From a virus: a DNA stretch of 64,000 nt. The notes beneath the pieces were generated by a model, which saw only the letters and a list, made by a program, of their open reading frames with translations, did not search any database and was not told the origin of the DNA. Every line of letters starts with the position of its first letter. Positions within the stretch are counted from its first letter, which is position 1. This document shows, in pieces, positions 9,939 to 18,596 of this stretch. The position numbers and the translations under genes are program-made. Where the stretch lies: positions 95,484 through 159,483 of IMG/VR virus record IMGVR_UViG_3300005573_000054; one strand, written 5' to 3'.

Positions 9939-12461
9939 ATGACCACGATTAGATTAAAACGAGGAACACGATCTCAGATCTTATCAGAGAGTTTTCTCGA
10001 AGGAGAACCTTTGTTCTCGACTGATACTATGGAGCTGATTCTTCAAGGAGTTTCTTCTAAAGTAATCTTAGCGAGAGCTGATCTAGATAACGTCGAGAAT
10101 GTGACAATTCTAAATAGATTAAAAGAGGTTGATGGATCAGGATCGGGACTTGATGCTGATATAGTAGATGGATTCCATGCTAGTCAAACACCTACAGCAA
10201 ATCAGATTCCTGTTTTAAATTCAAATGGAATCTTAAATCTATCAAATGGAGCAAATTTAGCAGTAAGTTCAGGGAAAGTTGGAATTGGAATAAGTTCCCC
10301 AAGTCAGAAATTAACAGTGTCAGGAAAAATTCAGATAGGTGATGACAATGAGTCGCCTACCGCCGGCACCATTCGGTGGACTGGAACAGACTTTGAAGGA
10401 TATACTGGGAGTGAGTGGACGTCTTTTACTGCGACAAATTCACAAAAAGAAATCATCAAAGCTTCTGGAGCTACATTATCTACTTCAGAAGTACGTGATA
10501 CTATAATTAATAATTATGGTCAGACCAGCCATATAGTTTATACACTTCCACTAGCTTCTGCTGCAATGAATTTTACTATCGTTATAGGATCCGGTGGAGA
10601 AAGTTCAGATCCTTCGCTGCCGAATGTTGGAAAAGCCCTTAGAATTGAACCGAATTCATCTAATTCTATTTATTTTAATAGTGTCAATGTTGGACGTGGT
10701 ATTAATATTGGAACACCATTAGCTATCAAAGGTTCACAGATAAAGTTTACTTCCTTTAAGACGGATTCTTCAGTCTGGGATTGGTCGGTAGTAACAGAAG
10801 GTCCAGGATGGGATACATGTGTGAGTGTATGGTCTATAACGTCAAATTTAAACCAAGCAAAAGGTCAGTTAACTGGTTGTGGAGATATAAATACTGCTCT
10901 TTGTATTGGTGGGGCCCCAGCTGGTGGTGTTGTTGTTGGGACTACAGAAAGGTGGTCGGGTAGTAGTTGGGTTATAACATCATCGTTGAATCAAGCGAGA
11001 TGTAGTCTAGCTAGTTGTGGAAATGTAAATAGAGCTCTTGGCTTTGGTGGTTGGGATGGTATAAATCTTTTTAACAGCACAGAGAGATGGTCAGGTAGTA
11101 GTTGGGCTACAACATCAGCTTTGAATCAAGCAAGACGTGAACTTGCCGGTTGTGGAGATATAAACGACGCTCTTAGTTTTGGTGGGTGGAACGGTACAAG
11201 TTATCTTAGTACCACAGAAAAATGGTCAGGTAGTAGTTGGGCTACAACAACAGCTTTGAATCAGGCGAGAAGCAATCTAGCTGGTTGCGGAAATGTGAAT
11301 AATGCTCTTAGTTTTGGTGGGTGGAACGGTATTGCTGTTAATACCACCGAAAAATGGTCAGGTAGCAGTTGGGCTGTAACATCGGTATTGAATCAAGCGA
11401 GAAGTTACTTGGCTGGTTGTGGAGATGTAAACACTGCTCTTAGCTTTGGTGGAGGCACAGGTAACTACGTCGGTACTACAGAAAAATGGTCAGGTAGTAG
11501 TTGGGTCGTAACATCGGTATTGAATCAAGGGAGAGATGCTTTAGGTGGTTGTGGGAACGTGAACACCGCTCTTAGCTTTGGTGGAAGCACAGGTAATTAC
11601 GTTAGTGCTACAGAAAAATGGTCACCTTTCACTCCTAATTTTGTTTCCGGTTGGAGAACAGCTAGTGGAATGAATCAAGCAAGAGGTTACTTGGCTGGTT
11701 GTGGAGATGTAAATAATGCTCTTAGCTTTGGTGGAAGCACAGGTAGTACTGTTAATACTACCGAAAAATGGTCGGGTAGTAGTTGGATCACAACAACAGC
11801 TTTAAGCGTTGCAAGAGCTGACATAGCTGGTTGTGGAAATGTGAATAATGCTCTTAGCTTCGGTGGGTATGACGATACAAGTTATCTTAGTACCACAGAA
11901 AAATGGTCAGGTAGTAGTTGGGCTACAACAACAGCTTTGAATCAAGCAAGAGGTTACTTAGCTGGTTGTGGAAATGTGAATAGTGCTCTTAGCTTTGGTG
12001 GGTATGATGATACAAGTTATCTTAGTACTACAGAAAAATGGATGGGTAGTAGTTGGGCTACAACATCATCGTTGAATCAAGCAAGAGGTTACTTAGCTGG
12101 TTGTGGAAATGTGAATAGTGCTCTTAGCTTCGGTGGGTGGTCAGATAGTGGTGCTGTTGGCATCACAGAAAGATGGATGGGTAGTACTTGGGCTACAGCA
12201 TCATTATTAAATCAAGCAAGAAGTGATCTAGGTGGTTGTGGAGATGTAAATAATGCTCTTAGCTTTGGTGGGAGTGATGGTATAGATTTTTATTATAATA
12301 TCACGGAGAAGTGGTCAGGTAGTAGTTGGGCTACAACGTCAGTATTAAATCAAGAAAGAAGTGATCTAGGTGGTTGTGGAGATGTAAATAATGCTCTTAG
12401 CTTTGGTGGAAACGTTGATTTTAATTATCTTGGTGTTACAGAAAAATGGTTTGGAATATAA
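9939..12461 (+). CDS. Paralogous receptor-binding protein, KRGT anchor plus two 6-blade Kelch-like propellers
   Basis: N-terminal ~295 aa closely similar to 7265..9796. Twelve blades in 6+6 arrangement with the same linker but different loops. Confidence 0.8.
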   Translation: MTTIRLKRGTRSQILSESFLEGEPLFSTDTMELILQGVSSKVILARADLDNVENVTILNRLKEVDGSGSGLDADIVDGFHASQTPTANQIPVLNSNGILNLSNGANLAVSSGKVGIGISSPSQKLTVSGKIQIGDDNESPTAGTIRWTGTDFEGYTGSEWTSFTATNSQKEIIKASGATLSTSEVRDTIINNYGQTSHIVYTLPLASAAMNFTIVIGSGGESSDPSLPNVGKALRIEPNSSNSIYFNSVNVGRGINIGTPLAIKGSQIKFTSFKTDSSVWDWSVVTEGPGWDTCVSVWSITSNLNQAKGQLTGCGDINTALCIGGAPAGGVVVGTTERWSGSSWVITSSLNQARCSLASCGNVNRALGFGGWDGINLFNSTERWSGSSWATTSALNQARRELAGCGDINDALSFGGWNGTSYLSTTEKWSGSSWATTTALNQARSNLAGCGNVNNALSFGGWNGIAVNTTEKWSGSSWAVTSVLNQARSYLAGCGDVNTALSFGGGTGNYVGTTEKWSGSSWVVTSVLNQGRDALGGCGNVNTALSFGGSTGNYVSATEKWSPFTPNFVSGWRTASGMNQARGYLAGCGDVNNALSFGGSTGSTVNTTEKWSGSSWITTTALSVARADIAGCGNVNNALSFGGYDDTSYLSTTEKWSGSSWATTTALNQARGYLAGCGNVNSALSFGGYDDTSYLSTTEKWMGSSWATTSSLNQARGYLAGCGNVNSALSFGGWSDSGAVGITERWMGSTWATASLLNQARSDLGGCGDVNNALSFGGSDGIDFYYNITEKWSGSSWATTSVLNQERSDLGGCGDVNNALSFGGNVDFNYLGVTEKWFGI

Positions 12462-12486
12462 ATTAATTAAACGGAGGTGTTAAGTC

Positions 12487-12849
12487 GTGGCAACAGTGTA
12501 TGTTAAATTTTCTTGTCAAGGAAGTCCAACAGATTCAAGTAAATGTACGACTCGTTGGGATGAAACAATTAAATGCTCTATTCCAATTTGTGGAACACAT
12601 GAGGATATGTATTATAACCTCATGGTAATGGAGGGAGATGAAAACCTTATAAAACAGTGGGTAAATGAGAACACTGGTAAAGTTGAGATAATAACCAAAG
12701 ATCAAGCCAACCAATTAGGACAATTACTTGTTCCTCCGGGAACGGAAAGAACTGGCATCACGAGATGGGAGCAAGAAGAGCCTGTAACCTATATAGCAAC
12801 AAAGTTTGATGTCGATCATCCAGAGAACTTATGGGTAATTAAACAGTAG
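12487..12849 (+). CDS. Small partner protein of propeller fibre (putative chaperone)
   Basis: Paralog of 3246..3608. GGAGG RBS, GTG start. Confidence 0.7.
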   Translation: MATVYVKFSCQGSPTDSSKCTTRWDETIKCSIPICGTHEDMYYNLMVMEGDENLIKQWVNENTGKVEIITKDQANQLGQLLVPPGTERTGITRWEQEEPVTYIATKFDVDHPENLWVIKQ

Positions 12850-12883
12850 ATTAAAATCGGTATATTTATAAGGAGGTTGAGAG

Positions 12884-13171
12884 ATGGCTATTCAGTATTC
12901 TTTTTCAAGAGTAGAATTGTTTAGAGACAAAGTTACTAACGACGTAGTTAAATTAGTTATAGGAATGACGGCTCGAGATGAAGAAACAGGTGTATCTTCT
13001 TATATAGATACAGTTCATGTTTTACCTAAACCAGTTGCTTCGTTGACTAATGACGAAATAAGGGAAATATGTCTAGAAGTGGCTCAGAGGAATGAATGGT
13101 ATTCGATATTATATGGTCAAATACAGGCGCTTATTAATCAACCAGTACCAACTGAAGTAACTGATATCTAG
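12884..13171 (+). CDS. Small tail-fibre-associated hypothetical protein
   Basis: AGGAGG RBS; lies in the fibre cluster. Confidence 0.55.
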   Translation: MAIQYSFSRVELFRDKVTNDVVKLVIGMTARDEETGVSSYIDTVHVLPKPVASLTNDEIREICLEVAQRNEWYSILYGQIQALINQPVPTEVTDI

Positions 13172-13184
13172 AGGAGGTTTGTAG

Positions 13185-13439
13185 ATGAACGTAAAAGTAT
13201 CTTTTTCCGAAAAAAAAGACAATGATGGTAAGATTGTAGGGTTTATAGCAGATTTTACTGCAGAAGAAGGAACTTATAATTCGACTTCTTCTTCTGAAGT
13301 AGGCTTCGATAGTCCAGTGGATTCAATAGATGGAAAGGAAGTATTGAAAAAGTTAGATTTAACCTCAATCATTAAATCACTTAAAGACGATCTTGTAAAC
13401 AAAGGTGCAAATATAACTAAGTTAACAATTTCCTTGTAA
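13185..13439 (+). CDS. Hypothetical protein
   Basis: AGGAGG RBS; lies in the fibre cluster. Confidence 0.55.
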   Translation: MNVKVSFSEKKDNDGKIVGFIADFTAEEGTYNSTSSSEVGFDSPVDSIDGKEVLKKLDLTSIIKSLKDDLVNKGANITKLTISL

Positions 13440-13489
13440 ATCTAACTTTTCCTATATTTTGGTAATACAAGAGAGGAACTTGATCGAAG

Positions 13490-16400
13490 ATGTCCACATA
13501 CACACGATTTCCTATTCAAGTAGCGTGGTTTGGAACGGTTGAACCAGGGGATCCACCTGATGGTACAATATGGATCGATACATCAATAACTCCTCCTTTT
13601 GTAAAGGTATGGGATGGTTCGAGGTGGAGAGCTTTTGCTTCACTTTACGAAGCTTCTTTTACAATATCACCTACACCTCCCTTAGATCCTCTAAAGGGAT
13701 TTCTCTGGGTTGATACCTCCGCATCTCCAATTCTCAAAGTTTGGGATGGATCTACTTGGAAAGAAGTCGGAGGATCTGGACAAGGTCAATATCTAAACGC
13801 CGATACACTTGATGGGTTCGACGGAACATATTATTTAAGTAGAAGTAATCATACAGGAACCCAGACTCCTAATACAATAAGCCCTCAAGGCCCTGGAAGT
13901 GGTCTTAACGCAGATTTAGTAGATGGATTCCATGCCAGTCAGACACCTTCGGCAAATCAGATTCCTGTTTTAAATTCAAATGGGATCTTAAATTTATCAA
14001 ATGGAGCAAATTTAGCAACAAGTTCAGGGAAAGTCGGGATTGGGTTAACAAATCCACAGTATGAGTTAGATGTCCTCGGAGATCTACGAGTTTCAGGACA
14101 GACAAACTTCGGAGGAGTGTCTTACACGTGGCCACCGAGTGTGGGAGCTTTGAACCAGGTTTTGTCAACTAACGGAAGTGGAGGTCTAAGTTGGAAGTCA
14201 ATAAACGACCTTCTTCCTTATCCTCTTTCTCAAACCCCGGCACCGAATAGTATTGTTGTTTCAGAGTCTAGTGGGAAAATTAATGCAGGATGGATACCAA
14301 CTAGACCCTATGGGTGGATAGATAGAAAGGAGTATACGTTCTCATCATCAGATACAGGATGTAGAAGACTTTTTACTTTTGACGGTTCTTCTATAGGTGA
14401 TGAAACAGAAAAGTCAATACGGTTCTGTATTGAGTGGAGCGGTCAGTCACCTGAAAGACGGGGAATGGCTATAGTTAAGGGGTCCGTCTATAAGTGGTAT
14501 GATGGTACATTTGACCTCTTTCTTGATGTAGAATGGGAGTGGCATAAAGAAGCTTCCGATGATTTGGGTGTTTTTGGTGTTTTTCTATGGAAACCTGTAG
14601 GTCTTTCTGAAATAAGACTTTCATCATGGATCTATGCTTACAACGGTTTAACTGTTACATTGTCATTATTGGAAGCTCCACCGGATATAATGTTACCGAG
14701 TAGTTTAGTCTACGAAAATGATGATGTTAATAATTTTGAACTTCTTGATGATAGGGGTTTTCTTACGTTTAGTATAAATACAGCTTTTGCAATGCATCTT
14801 TATGATCCTATTCCTGAGACAGGAATACAGCAGTTTTTCGCAACAGCATCACAAACACCTAGTGGTAGAAGTATAGTCGTTTCAAGATCTGATGGAACAA
14901 TTGATCCAGGGTGGTTACCAAGTGGTAGCGGTAATCTTCCACCAGGAAGCACTAATCAGACTTTGAGACATAACGGTACTACGTGGGAAGCGAGTAGTTT
15001 ACTTGTAAATACAGGAACGAACATCGGTATTGGAACGACAAATCCAGGAAGTGAGTTAGACGTAGCAGGTACTGTTCAACTCAGAGGGTCTATAGTAGGG
15101 ATAGGGTTATATGTCGATCCCTTCGGTGATGTCGGCATCGGGACAACGACACCAAAGGGAAAATTACAAGTGGTAGGAAATGCGTATATAGATGATAGGC
15201 TATTCGTTAGAAGTGGAAGCGGATGGCCAGGTTCACCAGCCATTTCTCTGGCTATAGGAGATTATGATACAGGATTCAATTGGATTTCAGATGGCAATTT
15301 AGCAATTTACACTAACAACGCTGAAAGAATAAGAATTGATTCTTCTGGCAACGTCGGTATTGGGACGACGGTACCAGGAGCGAAGTTACATGTAAATGGA
15401 AATCTCAAAGTTGAGGGACAAACGAACTTCGGAGGAGTGTCTTACACGTGGCCAACAAGCGCTGGAACTCCGGGACAGGTTTTGACTATTGGTGCAAATG
15501 GAAGTCTAAGTTGGTCTACAGTTAGTGGTGGTGGTAGTCTCCCGTCAGGAAGCGCTAATCAGACTTTAAGACACGATGGCACTTCATGGGTAGCAAGTAG
15601 TTTACTTGTAAACACAGGAACGAACATCGGTATTGGAACGACGACACCAGGAGCGAAGTTACATGTAGCGTCTACAGGTGAAGCTTTAAGAATTATGCCT
15701 AACACAATGGTTACTGGGGAATACACATCTATTTCCTTTAGAGACCCTGACGGAGGAACAGGGCCTATGGAAATTCGTTATACAGATGATGGTTCTCCAG
15801 ATCTAGCAATTTTAGGTGGTAACTTTGGTATTGGAACGACAAGTCCAACTGGAAAATTGCATGTTTCGGGAGGTAATGCAATATTTGATGGCAACGTTGG
15901 CATTGGAACGACGGCACCTGGGGCGAAACTTGAAATTTCAGGTGGAGCATTAGCAATAAATGCAAATTACTTCTATTTAGGAGCACCGGGTGACACTGCA
16001 CACTATATTAAATATGCGGGAACCAAAAACGGTATAACTGATTCTGACATCTTTAGTTTTAACAATGCATTACAGTTTGCTTATTTAGACTCTTCACCTC
16101 GCATGGTAATTTTAGGACCAAGCGGCAACATCGGTATTGGAACGACGGTACCAGGAGCGAAGTTACATGTAGTTGCAGCGGGTGGATTCGGTAACGAGCC
16201 TATTCGGGTACAAGCTAATAATACGTTCTTTAGTGGTATAGACGCTGGAGGTACACAGCGCTTTGCTATTAATAATGATCCAGGTCCAGTATTAAGTTTT
16301 AACGGTTACGATACTAATTGGTTTAACTTTATGACTGTGAGTAATACTGGTAGTAGAACAGTTTCATTTAATGCTGGTAATGTCGGTATTGGGACGACGG

Positions 16401-17605
16401 ACCCGACTGAAAGATTAATGGTTAATGGAAATATTAAATCGGTGAATACTGATACTGATAGGATTTATTATCGTTTTATACAGGCTCCCAGCACCAATTT
16501 ACATTTGGATACATCTGGACTTTCTTACGGTCTTTATTTAAATCATTTCCAAAATGGTAATGTTTACATGGGACCAAACGGTAGTTGGGTTACGGTTAAA
16601 AATAACGGTAATGTCGGTATTGGGACGACGGACCCAGGTCAAAAACTTGAAGTTGTCGGTAATATCAAAATGACTTCTTCCAATCTCGGAATAATGCTTG
16701 ATGCTCAAACTAGACCATTTATTACTCGTGGATATGATCCCTTTACATCTGGAAACTATACTGGAGCGGGTAGATGGGGACTATTCTTAGAGCCTGATGG
16801 ACTTGTTGTTGGAGTACCTGCTATCTCTGGTCATGGATATGTTTATTTTGTAAGGTACAATGAAAATAGTTCAATAAATCAAGTCACGATGACGATTGAC
16901 CCATCGGGTAACGTTGGTATTGGGACAATAAGTCCAACCACTAAATTAGATGTAGTTGGAGATATTTTTGCTGAATTTGGAAATGATACAACACGAATAG
17001 TAGGGATTACAGGTTTTAGTAGCGGAAAAACTGGAATACTTCGTTTTGCAGATCAATTCAATCAATTAGAAACCACATATGGTGGAAACATGATTTTAAA
17101 AGGATATCATTCGGTTGAATTGGTCGGTTCTTCTGGCAATAGTTCATCTGATAAAGTGTTAAGAGTTAAGGAATATACAACAGATAGATTAGTTATTGAT
17201 AAGGGAGGAAATGTCGGTATTGGGACAACTAACGTAACAAATATTTTGACGGTTGTTCAAGGTTCTTTAACAGATCCTATAGCGGACGCTTGGCTCTCAT
17301 ACAGCTCAAAAAGATGGAAAACAAATATAAGAGAGATCTCTGATGCTTTAGAAAAAGTGATGTCACTAAAAGGTGTTTACTTCAACTGGAAATCTGATAA
17401 TAGGCCAGATATTGGTATGATCGCCGAGGACGTTGGAGAAGTTTTCCCTGAGCTTGTCGAATATGAAGAAAATGGAGTGGATGCGAGGTCACTCGATTAT
17501 TCAAGACTTGTTGCAGTTTTAGTCGAGGCAATAAAAGCACAACAAAAAATAATTCAAAACCAAAGTGAACGTCTTGCTAAGTTAGAGTCAAATCTAAATG
17601 TTTAA
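13490..17605 (+). CDS. Long tail fibre with C-terminal peptidase S74 intramolecular chaperone
   Basis: Many GNVGIGT repeats. C-terminal SSKRWKTNI...LKGVYFNWK...IGMIAEDV...FPELV...LDYSRLVAVLVEAIK followed by coiled coil. Confidence 0.85.
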   Translation: MSTYTRFPIQVAWFGTVEPGDPPDGTIWIDTSITPPFVKVWDGSRWRAFASLYEASFTISPTPPLDPLKGFLWVDTSASPILKVWDGSTWKEVGGSGQGQYLNADTLDGFDGTYYLSRSNHTGTQTPNTISPQGPGSGLNADLVDGFHASQTPSANQIPVLNSNGILNLSNGANLATSSGKVGIGLTNPQYELDVLGDLRVSGQTNFGGVSYTWPPSVGALNQVLSTNGSGGLSWKSINDLLPYPLSQTPAPNSIVVSESSGKINAGWIPTRPYGWIDRKEYTFSSSDTGCRRLFTFDGSSIGDETEKSIRFCIEWSGQSPERRGMAIVKGSVYKWYDGTFDLFLDVEWEWHKEASDDLGVFGVFLWKPVGLSEIRLSSWIYAYNGLTVTLSLLEAPPDIMLPSSLVYENDDVNNFELLDDRGFLTFSINTAFAMHLYDPIPETGIQQFFATASQTPSGRSIVVSRSDGTIDPGWLPSGSGNLPPGSTNQTLRHNGTTWEASSLLVNTGTNIGIGTTNPGSELDVAGTVQLRGSIVGIGLYVDPFGDVGIGTTTPKGKLQVVGNAYIDDRLFVRSGSGWPGSPAISLAIGDYDTGFNWISDGNLAIYTNNAERIRIDSSGNVGIGTTVPGAKLHVNGNLKVEGQTNFGGVSYTWPTSAGTPGQVLTIGANGSLSWSTVSGGGSLPSGSANQTLRHDGTSWVASSLLVNTGTNIGIGTTTPGAKLHVASTGEALRIMPNTMVTGEYTSISFRDPDGGTGPMEIRYTDDGSPDLAILGGNFGIGTTSPTGKLHVSGGNAIFDGNVGIGTTAPGAKLEISGGALAINANYFYLGAPGDTAHYIKYAGTKNGITDSDIFSFNNALQFAYLDSSPRMVILGPSGNIGIGTTVPGAKLHVVAAGGFGNEPIRVQANNTFFSGIDAGGTQRFAINNDPGPVLSFNGYDTNWFNFMTVSNTGSRTVSFNAGNVGIGTTDPTERLMVNGNIKSVNTDTDRIYYRFIQAPSTNLHLDTSGLSYGLYLNHFQNGNVYMGPNGSWVTVKNNGNVGIGTTDPGQKLEVVGNIKMTSSNLGIMLDAQTRPFITRGYDPFTSGNYTGAGRWGLFLEPDGLVVGVPAISGHGYVYFVRYNENSSINQVTMTIDPSGNVGIGTISPTTKLDVVGDIFAEFGNDTTRIVGITGFSSGKTGILRFADQFNQLETTYGGNMILKGYHSVELVGSSGNSSSDKVLRVKEYTTDRLVIDKGGNVGIGTTNVTNILTVVQGSLTDPIADAWLSYSSKRWKTNIREISDALEKVMSLKGVYFNWKSDNRPDIGMIAEDVGEVFPELVEYEENGVDARSLDYSRLVAVLVEAIKAQQKIIQNQSERLAKLESNLNV

Positions 17606-17644
17606 CAATATTCTGGTTAAAATAAAGGAGGAAAGAAATTACAA

Positions 17645-18583
17645 ATGGCTACTTTTTCAAGATTTCCCGTTCAGGTAGCATGGTCAGGATCTACGGAACC
17701 CGGAGATCCTCCCGATGGATTTGTCTGGATAGACACATCAGTAACACCCCCTATAGTAAAAATATGGGATGGTTCTAGATGGAGGATAATAGGAGGGTAT
17801 GACGAATCTCTAATCAAACATCCTTTACTGGTTAGCGATGTAGCTCCAGAACCACCTCCTAGAGGATATCTCTGGTGTGATACCTCTTTTCAGAATCCTG
17901 TAGTTAAAGTATGGAATGGTACAAATTGGATTCCTATAAGTGGTAGTGGTGGTTCTCAGGGTTGTAATCTTTCTTATGTTAACCTCAATGAGGTCGATCC
18001 TGACGATCCTATTACTCTTAACCTATGTGAAACTGGTATCTTGTATTTTACGGAGAATAACATTTCTGCACGTATTCCAGTTATTATGGAACAAGGTAGT
18101 GTATTTGAGATGATAGTATCGACTATGAAACCATGGACTTGGGATACGACTTCAACATTTATACTCAGGCCTGAAATGTCTCTACAAAGTTCTCCTTCAG
18201 TGCCAATTCATCTTTACTATAAAGTTCTTAAACTGGATAATACTGTAGTAACAGAAATGGGAGCAATAAGTGACGACGTGACGCCGGGATTCGTATTAGG
18301 AAAAGGAGTTATTTTTGGAAAATATGTTTTTGGTAATGTTCGAAAGAGAAAATTTCTCCATGGTACATCTCAAGCATATTATTCCTCTCAGGCTCCAATA
18401 ACATTCTTTGTATCATCAGAATGGGTAGATTATAATGAAGAATATACGTGGGAAGGAATAGGAGAGATTCTTGCTAAAGCTGATTATCAATCCGACACAT
18501 TGTATAATTTATATAATGGATTTCTTATAATACGAAAAATCGCTTCTAACGTTACTTATCCGTGGGTCTTTTCAGAATATTAA
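17645..18583 (+). CDS. Short fibre/spike protein with shared RFPxQxAW N-terminal anchor
   Basis: N-terminus paralogous to 13490 and 19799 (P..P..G..W.DTS....KIWDG..W repeats). Confidence 0.65.
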   Translation: MATFSRFPVQVAWSGSTEPGDPPDGFVWIDTSVTPPIVKIWDGSRWRIIGGYDESLIKHPLLVSDVAPEPPPRGYLWCDTSFQNPVVKVWNGTNWIPISGSGGSQGCNLSYVNLNEVDPDDPITLNLCETGILYFTENNISARIPVIMEQGSVFEMIVSTMKPWTWDTTSTFILRPEMSLQSSPSVPIHLYYKVLKLDNTVVTEMGAISDDVTPGFVLGKGVIFGKYVFGNVRKRKFLHGTSQAYYSSQAPITFFVSSEWVDYNEEYTWEGIGEILAKADYQSDTLYNLYNGFLIIRKIASNVTYPWVFSEY

Positions 18584-18596
18584 AAGGAGATTTCCG

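Noticed and set aside
8160-12461. CRISPR array (constant repeats with variable spacers)
   Set aside because: Units stay in frame within long ORFs, vary at synonymous positions and encode Kelch-like blades. No leader or cas operon is present.
7265-12461. Invertase-driven shufflon
   Set aside because: All cassettes are in the same orientation, with no inverted crossover sites or site-specific recombinase seen.
1220-14833. Classical diversity-generating retroelement
   Set aside because: No reverse transcriptase or non-coding template copy in the window. Neither copy is uniformly A at variable sites, and many third-position adenines are unchanged. A DGR elsewhere in the genome cannot be excluded.
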